This document shows, one piece after another, positions 50,026-59,530 of a stretch of DNA of 64,000 nucleotides (the first letter of the stretch is position 1; every line of letters begins with the position of its first letter). The stretch is from an uncultured Chloroflexia bacterium (GTDB lineage: Bacteria > Chloroflexota > Limnocylindria > QHBO01), in assembly GCA_963827475.1 (NCBI GenBank), contig CAWHAZ010000005.1, forward strand, positions 1 through 64,000, written 5' to 3'. The translations under genes were made by a program, and so were the position numbers. The notes under the pieces were generated by a model that was given only the letters and a program-made list of their open reading frames with translations, was not told where the DNA came from and made no database searches.

Positions 50026-51462
50026 TCAACGCGAACGGCGGAGAGCCTGCTCCACACGGGTCAGACGTGCGGCCGAGCGCCGGCGCTCGGCATCGGTCAG
50101 GGAACGCCCGCCGTACCGGACCAGCTGGTACGCGGCGGCCAGGCGGGCCATGGCGTCGCCGACCGGTGAATGGCCTCCGGGGCCCGCATCAGCGCCGCCG
50201 GACAGCCGGGCGAGGTGCTGGCGTGGCGACTCGGCCGGGTGACGCGGCCAGCGCCCGTCGGCGGCCAGCGCGTCGAGCGCCAGCAGGTAGGCTCCGACCG
50301 GGTCGTGGCGGTCCTGACGGGGAGCGGCCGCCGGTCGTGCCGGCCGCGGGGGGCGCGGGGCGCGGTCGAACACCACGGTCCGCTCTTCGTGGACCTCCGA
50401 CAGGAGTGCCTCGATCTCGCGCCGCTCCCTCCAGCGCCACCATAGGTACAGGGCCACGGCCGCCAGCTCGAGGGCGATGATCGCCCCGACCACGAGGTAG
50501 AACAGGATGCCGGGCAGCGGGCTGCTGGGCTGCGTCACGCCGGGGTCGATTTGGGGCAGCTCGAGGCCGCCGACCCCAAAACCGGGCGGCAGCACGCCGC
50601 GGACGAGATCGGCCAGCAGGGCGGCGACCAGCACGACCGGCGACAGGACCAGGACCAGGAAGGCCCCGATGACCCGGATCGGGGCCAGCGCGGCGACCAC
50701 CAGCATCTCGAGCGGGACGCCGAGCACGAGGGCGGCCGGGATCCCGATCACGGTCATGCCGAGCGCGACCACCAGCGCGAAGCCGAACCACGAGCCGCCG
50801 CCGGGCCCATCGCCGCGGACGGCCTCCAGCCGGGCCAGGCCGAGAGCGAGGACGCCGGACCCGATGAACACCAGCGAGCCGATGAAGGCGACCGCGGTGA
50901 ACGCGTCGTCGAGCAGCGGTCCGCCGTTGCGGGCCGCGAGATCACCGATGAGCCACGCCCCTGCCAGCAGGGGCAGGCCCCAGCGCATGAGGGCGTCCTG
51001 GATCTCCTCGTCTTCCTCGCGGGAGTGATGGACGTGGCCCCGGTACACCGCCGCCGCACCGATCCAGCCGCCGGCGTGGGCGGCAACGGCCGCCTGCAGG
51101 TCACCCTCGATCAGGGCGATGCGCACCTCCGGCGCGAGGAGCCAGCACACGGTCCCGGCCGCGACCGCGATGGCGGGCAGGCCGAACGCCTCCCAAGCCG
51201 CGGTCCGCCGGCTCGTGCGGCGGGCCCACGCCATGCCGATGCCGGCCAGGATCGCGAACTCCAGCGGACCGATGATCGGCGGCTCCCCGAACAGGGCCTG
51301 GATGGCGGCCGCCACGACCGCCAGCAGACCGCCCTCGGCGAGGCACTGGACGACCGGCAGCATCCGCGACGGGTGGGCTGGCGCCTCCGCGTTCTCGGCC
51401 GTGGGCGGCCGCTGCGGCTCGTCCCCGAGCGCGACCGGGTCAGGCGGTGAGTGCGACCACAT
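50026..51462 (-). CDS. DUF4129-type membrane protein
   Basis: Many TM segments; C-terminal AESPRQH..LAAAYQLVRYG. Confidence 0.7.
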   Translation of the reverse strand: MWSHSPPDPVALGDEPQRPPTAENAEAPAHPSRMLPVVQCLAEGGLLAVVAAAIQALFGEPPIIGPLEFAILAGIGMAWARRTSRRTAAWEAFGLPAIAVAAGTVCWLLAPEVRIALIEGDLQAAVAAHAGGWIGAAAVYRGHVHHSREEDEEIQDALMRWGLPLLAGAWLIGDLAARNGGPLLDDAFTAVAFIGSLVFIGSGVLALGLARLEAVRGDGPGGGSWFGFALVVALGMTVIGIPAALVLGVPLEMLVVAALAPIRVIGAFLVLVLSPVVLVAALLADLVRGVLPPGFGVGGLELPQIDPGVTQPSSPLPGILFYLVVGAIIALELAAVALYLWWRWRERREIEALLSEVHEERTVVFDRAPRPPRPARPAAAPRQDRHDPVGAYLLALDALAADGRWPRHPAESPRQHLARLSGGADAGPGGHSPVGDAMARLAAAYQLVRYGGRSLTDAERRRSAARLTRVEQALRRSR

Positions 51463-52690
51463 CCGCCGTCTCCCAGGCCGGGTCGAGGCGCATGGCTCGC
51501 GCCGTGATCCCGACCGCGCGGGCCTCGGTCACCGCAGTGTCCGTCGCGACCTGGTCCGCGCCCTGGAGGACGAGGACCTCCGTCCCGTACCCGGCGGACG
51601 ACAGCCGGCGGAGGAACCGACCGAGCGGACGCGGCGGTCGAGCGGTGAGGATGACGAGGCTGGTGCCCGCCGGCACCCGCCGGGTGAGCCACGTGAGCAG
51701 GTCGCCCAGCGACCCGGAGCTGATCGGGCCCAGTCGCGCGAGCAGGTCCGTGACCCGCCCCAGCTGGGCCGGGCCGGACCGACCGGGCAGGTACGCCACG
51801 CGCTGGGACGTGCCGGAGAACCCGGCCGCGGCCAGCCCGACCGCTGCCCCGCCGTCGAGCGCGGCCCGGGCCAGCGAAGCGGCGGCCACGCACAGGCCCT
51901 CGAAGGCGTCCGGGTCCCAGGCCATCTCCCAGGCCGGTCCGGGCAGGGTCTGGACGTCCAGGACGAGCACCACCTGGCGCGAGCGTGCCGGTTCCCAGCG
52001 CCGGCTCACCGGGTGGCCGACCCGGGCCGTCGCACGCCAGTGAATCCGCCGCAACGGGTCCCCCGGCTGGAAGGGGCGGACGCCGCCGAACAGGGCCGGG
52101 TCGTGGAACAGGCCCTGGCGGGCTCGCCGCTCGCCGATCGGGGCGCGCGCGGCCCCGGCGTCCATCACCGGCAGCGTGCGCGGGGCGACCACCAGCCGCC
52201 CGGGAAGGGGCCGCTCCTCGGTCACCGCGTGACGGCCGACGAGGTCACGCACGTGGAGCCGGATCGGGCCGAACTCGAAGACCCCGCGCCGCGTGGCCTC
52301 GAGGTGGTAGTGCCGGATGACGCGTTCGTACCAGCCGAGGGCCCAGGTGTTGCGCAGGGAGTTCCGTGCGACGGTCACGTCATCGAGCTCGAGCGACCTG
52401 CGCTCGCGAACCTCGATCCCATCGGTCACCAGGTCGTCGGCCGCCACCCATGGCAGCGGCAGCGCCTTGCGGTTCCAGACCGCCACGTCGAGGGTGACCG
52501 TGTCCCCGGTCACGGCCCGCTCGGTCCCCAGCCGGCGGTCGTAGCTCAGGTTCGCCAGTCCGTAGCGGGTCCACAGCCGCGTCGCGGCCCCGTAGCCGAA
52601 GGTCGCCACGGCCAGCAGGAGGAGCCCCTGGACGTCGGCCACCACGCCGACCAGCGCGGTGGCCAGCGCGAGGGCCGTCCAGCCGGTCAT
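51440..52690 (-). CDS. DUF58 domain protein
   Basis: RRGVF, GVRPFQPGDPLRRIHWRATAR. Confidence 0.88.
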   Translation of the reverse strand: MTGWTALALATALVGVVADVQGLLLLAVATFGYGAATRLWTRYGLANLSYDRRLGTERAVTGDTVTLDVAVWNRKALPLPWVAADDLVTDGIEVRERRSLELDDVTVARNSLRNTWALGWYERVIRHYHLEATRRGVFEFGPIRLHVRDLVGRHAVTEERPLPGRLVVAPRTLPVMDAGAARAPIGERRARQGLFHDPALFGGVRPFQPGDPLRRIHWRATARVGHPVSRRWEPARSRQVVLVLDVQTLPGPAWEMAWDPDAFEGLCVAAASLARAALDGGAAVGLAAAGFSGTSQRVAYLPGRSGPAQLGRVTDLLARLGPISSGSLGDLLTWLTRRVPAGTSLVILTARPPRPLGRFLRRLSSAGYGTEVLVLQGADQVATDTAVTEARAVGITARAMRLDPAWETADVVALTA

Positions 52691-53652
52691 TCGGCGAGCG
52701 GGACGGGCACCTCGTCGAGCACCGCGTCCACGACCCCCTTCGCCGTCGCGCCCCGCAGCTCCCGATCGAGGTCGAGCAGGATCCGATGGTCGAGCACCGC
52801 ATGCGCCACCGCGCGAACGTCGTCCGGCAGCACGTAGTCGCGTCCCTCCAGCGCGGCCCAGGCCTGGGCCGCCCGATACAGGGCCACGCTGCTGCGGGGA
52901 GACGCCCCCAACCGGACGTCGGGATGCTCGCGGGTGGCCCGCACCAGGCCGACGAGGTAGGCCTCCACGTCCTCGGCGACGCGCGCGGTGCGGACCGTGT
53001 CGCGCAGGGCCAGGACCGTTTGCGCGTCCGCGACCGATGGGACCCGTTCCAGCGGCTCGGCCTCTGCCTGGTGGCGGCGGGCGATGGCATGCTCCGAGTC
53101 CCGACTCGGATAGCCCATCGCGATCCGGAGCAGGAATCGGTCGAGCTGGGCCTCCGGCAGGGCGAACGTGCCCTCCAGCTCGATCGGGTTCTGGGTGGCC
53201 AGCACGATGAACGGTTCGGGCAGCGGCCGCGTCTCGCCGTCGACCGATGCCTGGTGCTCCTGCATCGCCTCGAGCAGGGCGGCCTGGGTGCGTGGCGTGG
53301 CGCGGTTGATCTCGTCGACGAGGACGACCTGGCTGAAGATCGGTCCGGGGACGAAGCGGAAATCCGCGCCGTCGAGGATGCTGCTCCCGGTCACGTCGCC
53401 GGGCAGGAGATCGGGTGTGCCCTGGACCCGGGCAAAGGACAGGCCGATGGCGCGCGCGACCGCCCGCGCGAGCAGCGTCTTGCCGACCCCCGGCACGTCC
53501 TCGATCAGGGCGTGGCCGTCGGCCAGGAGGGCCACGGCCAGCAGGCGCAGCGGCGCGTCGGCGCCGACGACCGCGGTCGCCACCGCGTCGCGGAGCTCGA
53601 CTCCGAAGCGGGCTGCTCGCCCGCCGGCCTCGGCCGGCGCCTCGGCCGTCAT
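52687..53652 (-). CDS. MoxR family AAA+ ATPase
   Basis: EDVPGVGKT, DEINRATPRTQAALLEAM, ATQNPIE, LPEAQLDRF. Confidence 0.93.
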   Translation of the reverse strand: MTAEAPAEAGGRAARFGVELRDAVATAVVGADAPLRLLAVALLADGHALIEDVPGVGKTLLARAVARAIGLSFARVQGTPDLLPGDVTGSSILDGADFRFVPGPIFSQVVLVDEINRATPRTQAALLEAMQEHQASVDGETRPLPEPFIVLATQNPIELEGTFALPEAQLDRFLLRIAMGYPSRDSEHAIARRHQAEAEPLERVPSVADAQTVLALRDTVRTARVAEDVEAYLVGLVRATREHPDVRLGASPRSSVALYRAAQAWAALEGRDYVLPDDVRAVAHAVLDHRILLDLDRELRGATAKGVVDAVLDEVPVPLAE

Positions 53653-53656
53653 CGGT

Positions 53657-54316
53657 TCAGTCGCCGATCAGGAGCCGCCGCAGCTCCGGCTCGCGCTCGG
53701 CCGAGGTGATGGCCAGCATCCGGTCCCCGTCCACCAGCCGCGTCTCCGGTCGAGCCGGAACCGCCCGCGAGCCGCGCAGGATGACCGCGATCGACGTGCC
53801 CTCCGGCATCGGCAGCTCGCGCAGCTCGCGGCCGACGGCCGGCGATTCGGCGGTGAGCTGGGCCTCCACGATCTCCAGCCCACCCCCCTCCAGCTCCGCC
53901 AGGTGGAGCAGGTCGTGGATCGGGATCTCGTGCTCGATCACGCCCAGGATGGTCCGGGTCGGGCTGACCGTGTCGTCGATCGCCAGCTGCCGGAACAGCG
54001 TCTCGTTCTTCGGGTTGTTGACCCGGGCTATGGCCCGCGGGACGTTGAAGTGCATCTTCGCCACCTGGCAGGCGACCAGGTTGTCCTCGTCGTCGCCGGT
54101 CACGGCCGCGATGACGTCGGCGCGACCCATGCCCGCCATCTCCTGGTACCGGCCCTCACACCCGTCATTCGGGACGACGATGCTCCCCAGCTCATCCGCG
54201 ATCTGGCGGGCGCGGCTGACGTTCTTCTCGATCATCACCACCTCGTGCCCGGCCTGCAGCAGCTCCTTGGTGAGGTAGTAGCCGACGTTGCCGCCGCCGA
54301 TCACGACCACGTACAT
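53657..54316 (-). CDS. TrkA family RCK_N+RCK_C potassium uptake regulatory protein
   Basis: GGGNVG, AVTGDDEDN, ARVNNP. Confidence 0.88.
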   Translation of the reverse strand: MYVVVIGGGNVGYYLTKELLQAGHEVVMIEKNVSRARQIADELGSIVVPNDGCEGRYQEMAGMGRADVIAAVTGDDEDNLVACQVAKMHFNVPRAIARVNNPKNETLFRQLAIDDTVSPTRTILGVIEHEIPIHDLLHLAELEGGGLEIVEAQLTAESPAVGRELRELPMPEGTSIAVILRGSRAVPARPETRLVDGDRMLAITSAEREPELRRLLIGD

Positions 54317-54852
54317 CGGATCAGGCCTCCGCCTCTTCGACCACGGCCTCTCGCCTTCGCCTCGGCCTTCGCCTCGGCCCGGCTGCCGGCCGGCGGGGCG
54401 CCGCGCATCGGTTCCGCGGTCGGCTCCTCGACCTGGCCGTTAGTTGCGGCCGCTCCGTCGGCTGCCGCCACGGCGAGCGCCTGGGACAGGATGGTGGTGC
54501 GGCAGATGGTCTCCAGGCCGAGGGTGCGGTAGGCGCCGGCCCGGAGCGGGTCGTTGATCTTGGCGATGACCCGCGGCACCCCGAAGACGTGCTTCGCCAG
54601 CTGGGCCGCCATCACGTTGCGGTTGTCGCCCTCGGTCAGGGCCATGACGATGTCGGCCATCTCGGCCTCGGCGGAACGGAGGACGTCCTCGTCGGTGCCG
54701 TTGCCCCGGATGGTCACGCCGCTGTAGTCGGTTGGCAGGCGCTCGAAGGCGCGGGCCTCGAGGTCGATGACCGTGACGTGGTCGCCGCGCTTGTCGAGTG
54801 CGACCGCGGTCGCCGCGCCGACGCGGCCGCAGCCGATGATGATGATCCTCAT
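54301..54852 (-). CDS. TrkA family RCK_N protein (3' end uncertain)
   Basis: IIGCGRVG, GNGTD, TEGDNRN, AKINDP. Confidence 0.85.
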   Translation of the reverse strand: MRIIIIGCGRVGAATAVALDKRGDHVTVIDLEARAFERLPTDYSGVTIRGNGTDEDVLRSAEAEMADIVMALTEGDNRNVMAAQLAKHVFGVPRVIAKINDPLRAGAYRTLGLETICRTTILSQALAVAAADGAAATNGQVEEPTAEPMRGAPPAGSRAEAKAEAKARGRGRRGGGLIRCTWS

Positions 54853-55346
54853 GGCGAGAGTGCCAGCTCCTCCGTGCGCGCCCGGAGGCACCACACCGGC
54901 GCCTTCGAGTTCCGCATGACGTAGGGGACCGTCCGGCCCGCATCCCAGCTGCCGCCGAACCGACGCTTATAGCGTAGTCCCATCACGATCAGGTCGGCGC
55001 TCGAGGCTACCGCCTCGTCCACGATCGCCGGGCCGGCGGCCCGGGCCTGGATCATCCCGACCCGGTTCGGGACCTTCCGGGCCTCGAGGAAAGCCGCGCC
55101 GCGGTCGAGGACCTCGTCGGCGAATGCCGTCGCCCGTTCGTCCTCGGTGTCCAGCGTCCGCTCGAAGCCGACCTCGATGACGTGGACCAGGACGACCTCC
55201 ACGCCGTCGGCGTGCTCGCCCTCGCCGAGGAGGAGCGCGGTGAGTCGGAGCGCGTCATCGTCGGCGTCGCCGCCCGCCAGCGGGACGAGGATGCGGCGGT
55301 AGGGCAGGAGCGCCTGGTCAGAGTCCGATGGGCGGCGACGGAACAT
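54849..55346 (-). CDS. Universal stress protein
   Basis: RILVPL, LVHVIEV, ADLIVMG, VPYVMRNSKAPV. Confidence 0.88.
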   Translation of the reverse strand: MFRRRPSDSDQALLPYRRILVPLAGGDADDDALRLTALLLGEGEHADGVEVVLVHVIEVGFERTLDTEDERATAFADEVLDRGAAFLEARKVPNRVGMIQARAAGPAIVDEAVASSADLIVMGLRYKRRFGGSWDAGRTVPYVMRNSKAPVWCLRARTEELALSP

Positions 55347-55369
55347 CCGGCCGCTATCCTAGCCGCCGC

Positions 55370-56101
55370 TCAGCGGCCGACACCGAGCCGCTCCACCAGC
55401 CAGGCCGGAAGCCGCGCCTCGCGCATGAGGGCCTGGGTCTGTTCGATGTCGTACGGGACGCGCCGGAACTCCACGGTCTCGGCGTCCACGTCGAGGATGA
55501 GGTAGGAGCTGCGCGGGATCCCGTCCCGTGGCTGCCCCACGCTGCCGGGGTTGAGCATCAACCGGCCGGCGGGGAGTGGCAGCGGGCCGACGACCACCCC
55601 GGTCGTCTCGTGCACACCGTCGTCGGTCTGGGCGTAGATGGTGGGGAAGTGGGTATGGCCGAACAGGCAGATGCGGGTCTCGAAGGCCGCCATGCAGACC
55701 GCCGCCAGCCCGGGCGAGGAGACGTACTCCCAGATCGGGTCGCGCGGGGAGCCGTGCACGGCGGTCAGGTCGTTCTCCACCCGTCGCTCGGGGAGTGCGG
55801 CCAGGTACTCGCGTGAGGCCGGGCTGACGACCTCGGTCGTCCATCGAATGGCCGCGGCCGCCGCGTCGTTGAACCAGGCGGTGTCGACCAGCCCGACCGC
55901 TGCCCCGTCGTGGTTGCCCATCACCGCCCGGGCGCTGCGTTCGCGCAGCCGCGAGATGACCTCGTTGGGCTGCGGGCCGTAGCCGACGATGTCGCCGCAC
56001 ACCCAGACCTGGTCCACCGGCCCGAGGCCGTCGAGGTCCGAGAGCACCGCGTCGAGGGCCACGAGGTTGGCATGGATGTCCGACAGGACGGCAAGGCGCA
56101 T
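55370..56101 (-). CDS. Metallophosphoesterase
   Basis: SDIHAN, GDIVGYG, GNHD, HGSP, GHTH, NPGSVGQPRDG. Confidence 0.9.
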   Translation of the reverse strand: MRLAVLSDIHANLVALDAVLSDLDGLGPVDQVWVCGDIVGYGPQPNEVISRLRERSARAVMGNHDGAAVGLVDTAWFNDAAAAAIRWTTEVVSPASREYLAALPERRVENDLTAVHGSPRDPIWEYVSSPGLAAVCMAAFETRICLFGHTHFPTIYAQTDDGVHETTGVVVGPLPLPAGRLMLNPGSVGQPRDGIPRSSYLILDVDAETVEFRRVPYDIEQTQALMREARLPAWLVERLGVGR

Positions 56102-56381
56102 CGGCCGGCGAGTGTAACGAGAAATGCTCCCCCGGCGCCTTTCGGTCTTCCCGGAGTCGGGCGGTTTCGCGGCCGGCTCTCGCATCGGCCCCGCGCCGTC
56201 CCCGGTTACCCATACTCGGCACCGTGGAAGCAGGAGCGCCAGTGTCCTGCGACTCCGGACGAGGGGCAAGTGGAGTTATCCACGAATCGTGCGCCGAGAT
56301 GCCGGTCTGTGGAAAAGTCGCCGGGATATACTGGCCGCCGATGACGCCTCACCCCTTCGGGGCGAGTACGATCCGGTATCG

Positions 56382-56795
56382 GTGGCGGTCCTGCTGAGCG
56401 AGAGTTCGCCACCGCGCTTCGCTCACGACAGCGAAGCCGAATTGGCCCGGGTCCTCGACTTCTACCAGGTGGCGTGGCGGTATGAACCGGACGTGTTCCC
56501 CATCTCCTGGAGCCCATCGGGCGCCGTTGTCGAGTCTTTCGCGCCCGATTTCTTCCTCCCCGAGCTGGACCTCTACGTGGAGCTGACCACCCTGCGCCAG
56601 TCCCTGGTGCGCAAGAAGAACCGGAAGCTGCGGCTCCTGCGCCAGCTCTACCCCGAGGTGCGCATCAAGCTCCTCTACATGCGCGACTTCCAGGCGCTCA
56701 TGGTCAAATACGGGCGGATCGACTTCCTGGTCGAGATGAACGGCACGAACGGCCACCACGCGGCCCCGGCCCCGAGCGGCGGCGTGGCGCGATGA
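56382..56795 (+). CDS. Small PD-(D/E)XK-like protein upstream of hpt
   Basis: SEAELARVLD..WRYEP..FAPDFFLP..YVELTT..KKNRK. Confidence 0.6.
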   Translation: MAVLLSESSPPRFAHDSEAELARVLDFYQVAWRYEPDVFPISWSPSGAVVESFAPDFFLPELDLYVELTTLRQSLVRKKNRKLRLLRQLYPEVRIKLLYMRDFQALMVKYGRIDFLVEMNGTNGHHAAPAPSGGVAR

Positions 56796-57370
56796 ACGAG
56801 ACGCCGGTGGCGACCATCCACGCCGACGTGGAGGAGATCCTCCTCACCGAGGAGCAGATCCAGGCCCGGGTGGCGGAGCTCGGCGCCCAGCTGACCACCG
56901 ACTACGAGGGGCGCGATCCGGTCCTCGTCAGCGTCCTGAAGGGCTCGATCGTCTTCCTCGCCGACCTCGTGCGGGGCATGGACATCCCGCTCTCGATCGA
57001 CATCATGGAGGCCAGCTCCTACGGCGCGGCGACCGAGAGCAGCGGCCAGGTCCGGATCCTGAAGGACCTGTCGAACCCGATCGAGGGGCGCCACGTGATC
57101 GTGGTCGAGGACATCATCGACACCGGCCTCACGCTGAACTACCTGCTCCGTCACCTTCGCGAGAAGGGACTGGCCTCGCTCACGATCTGCTGCCTGCTCG
57201 ACAAGCCGGCGCGCCGGCTGACCGAGATCCCGATCGACTACGTCGGGTTCACGATCCCAGATCGATTCGTGGTCGGCTACGGGCTCGACTACGGCGAGCG
57301 CTACCGGAACCTGCCCTACGTCGGGGTCCTGCGTCCATCGGTCTACGGGCTCGCCAACCCGGAGGCCTGA
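56792..57370 (+). CDS. hpt: Hypoxanthine phosphoribosyltransferase
   Basis: VLKGS, VEDIIDTGLTL, FVVGYGLDY..YRNLP. Confidence 0.95.
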   Translation: MNETPVATIHADVEEILLTEEQIQARVAELGAQLTTDYEGRDPVLVSVLKGSIVFLADLVRGMDIPLSIDIMEASSYGAATESSGQVRILKDLSNPIEGRHVIVVEDIIDTGLTLNYLLRHLREKGLASLTICCLLDKPARRLTEIPIDYVGFTIPDRFVVGYGLDYGERYRNLPYVGVLRPSVYGLANPEA

Positions 57371-57373
57371 CCG

Positions 57374-57808
57374 GTGGACGACACCGGTCGGCCGCGGCGC
57401 TTCCGGGTCCCGATCCTCCTCGGCGCCCTGCTGATGGTGGCCGCCGCCTTCCTGCCGTGGTGGCGCGCCGGTGGTGATCGGGTGAGCGGAGTCGAGCTGC
57501 CGGCCACCAGCGGGATCGGGCTGGAGGGGCCGGGACTGGTGATCTTCGCCGCGGCGATCCTCGCCCTCGCCCTGCTCGACATCGGGTTCGCCCGTGGCCG
57601 ATGGGGCTTCGCCCTGGACGCGCCCGCCATCTACCTGATCCTCGGCCTGGCCGCCGCCGCAGCCCTCGTCTGGCGCGGCTGGGAGCTGTGGTCGGTGTCC
57701 TACCTGCCGCTCCCCCAGAGCTCCCCGGGGCTGATCGTGGCCATCGTCGGGGTCGGGCTGTTCCTGTACGGGGCGGGAACCGGGATGGGCAGCCGCCGCA
57801 CGTTCTAG
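57374..57808 (+). CDS. Hypothetical four-TM membrane protein
   Basis: AAFLPWW and four hydrophobic segments. Confidence 0.6.
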   Translation: MDDTGRPRRFRVPILLGALLMVAAAFLPWWRAGGDRVSGVELPATSGIGLEGPGLVIFAAAILALALLDIGFARGRWGFALDAPAIYLILGLAAAAALVWRGWELWSVSYLPLPQSSPGLIVAIVGVGLFLYGAGTGMGSRRTF

Positions 57809-57823
57809 AGCCCGACCAGGCGA

Positions 57824-57940
57824 CTAGGTCGGTGGCAGGATCAGCGGGCTGAGGATGATCCAGCCCAGCAGGATGATCACCAGCATCCCGACCAGCACGA
57901 CCATGGGGCGCAGGTCCGGCCGGTAGGGCTGCTTCGACAT
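57824..57940 (-). CDS. 38-aa small membrane protein
   Basis: Hand translation MSKQPYRPDLRPMVVLVGMLVIILLGWIILSPLILPPT*; GGGGA RBS; GC-rich third positions. Confidence 0.55.
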   Translation of the reverse strand: MSKQPYRPDLRPMVVLVGMLVIILLGWIILSPLILPPT

Positions 57941-57964
57941 CGGTCGTCCCCCGCGCCGCCGCGC

Positions 57965-58674
<710 letters not shown>

Positions 58675-58678
<4 letters not shown>

Positions 58679-59523
58679 GCCGGCGTCGATCCTTTGGTCT
58701 CCTCGCCTGCGTCGTCCTCCGGCGCGGTCGATGGACGCGGGGCGCCGCCGGGCGAACCGCTGGCACCCTTGCCGAGGTAGGCCTCGATGACCCGCGGGTT
58801 GTTCTGGATCTCGCGCGGCGTGCCTTCGGCGATCTTCTCCCCATAGTCCAGCACGGTGATCCGCTCCGAGATGCCCATCACGACCCGCATCTCGTGCTCG
58901 ATCAGGAGGATCGTGAGCCCCAGCTCGTCCCGGAGCCGACGGAAGAACGTCGTCATCTGCGCGGTCTCGGCCGGGTTCATGCCCGCCGTCGGCTCGTCGA
59001 GGAGGAGGAGCTTCGGCTCGGTGGCCAGGGCGCGTGCGATCTCCAACCGCCGCTGATCGCCGTATGGCAGCTTGCTGGCCTGGGTCCCGCCAACGCCCTT
59101 GAGGCCGACGAATTCGAGGATCCGGTTCGCTTCCGCTCTCCCCTTCACCTCCTCCTCGATCATGCCCGGCGTCCGAATCACCGAACGCAGCCAGCCCGAG
59201 CGCAGGAAGTGATGGCGCCCGACCATCACGTTGTCAGAGACGGACATCTCGGCGAACAGCCGGATGTTCTGGTAGGTCCGGGCGATGCCGAGGCGAGCGA
59301 TCTGGTCGCGCCTGAGCTTGTTGATTCGCTGACCCTCGAACGTGATGTCCCCCTCGTCGATCGGATACCAGCCGGCGATGCAGTTGAAGAACGTCGTCTT
59401 CCCGGCACCGTTCGGACCGATGACGCTGACGATCGAGCGCTCCTCGATCTCGAGGTCGAGCTTGTGGACAGCGAGCAGGCCCCCGAACCGCTTGGTGACG
59501 CCCTGCGCGACGAGCTGCGGCAT
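58675..59523 (-). CDS. livG: Branched-chain amino acid ABC ATPase
   Basis: GPNGAGKTT, LPYGDQRRLEIARAL, LDEPTAGMN, VIEAYLG. Confidence 0.9.
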
Positions 59524-59530
59524 CAGGTGG

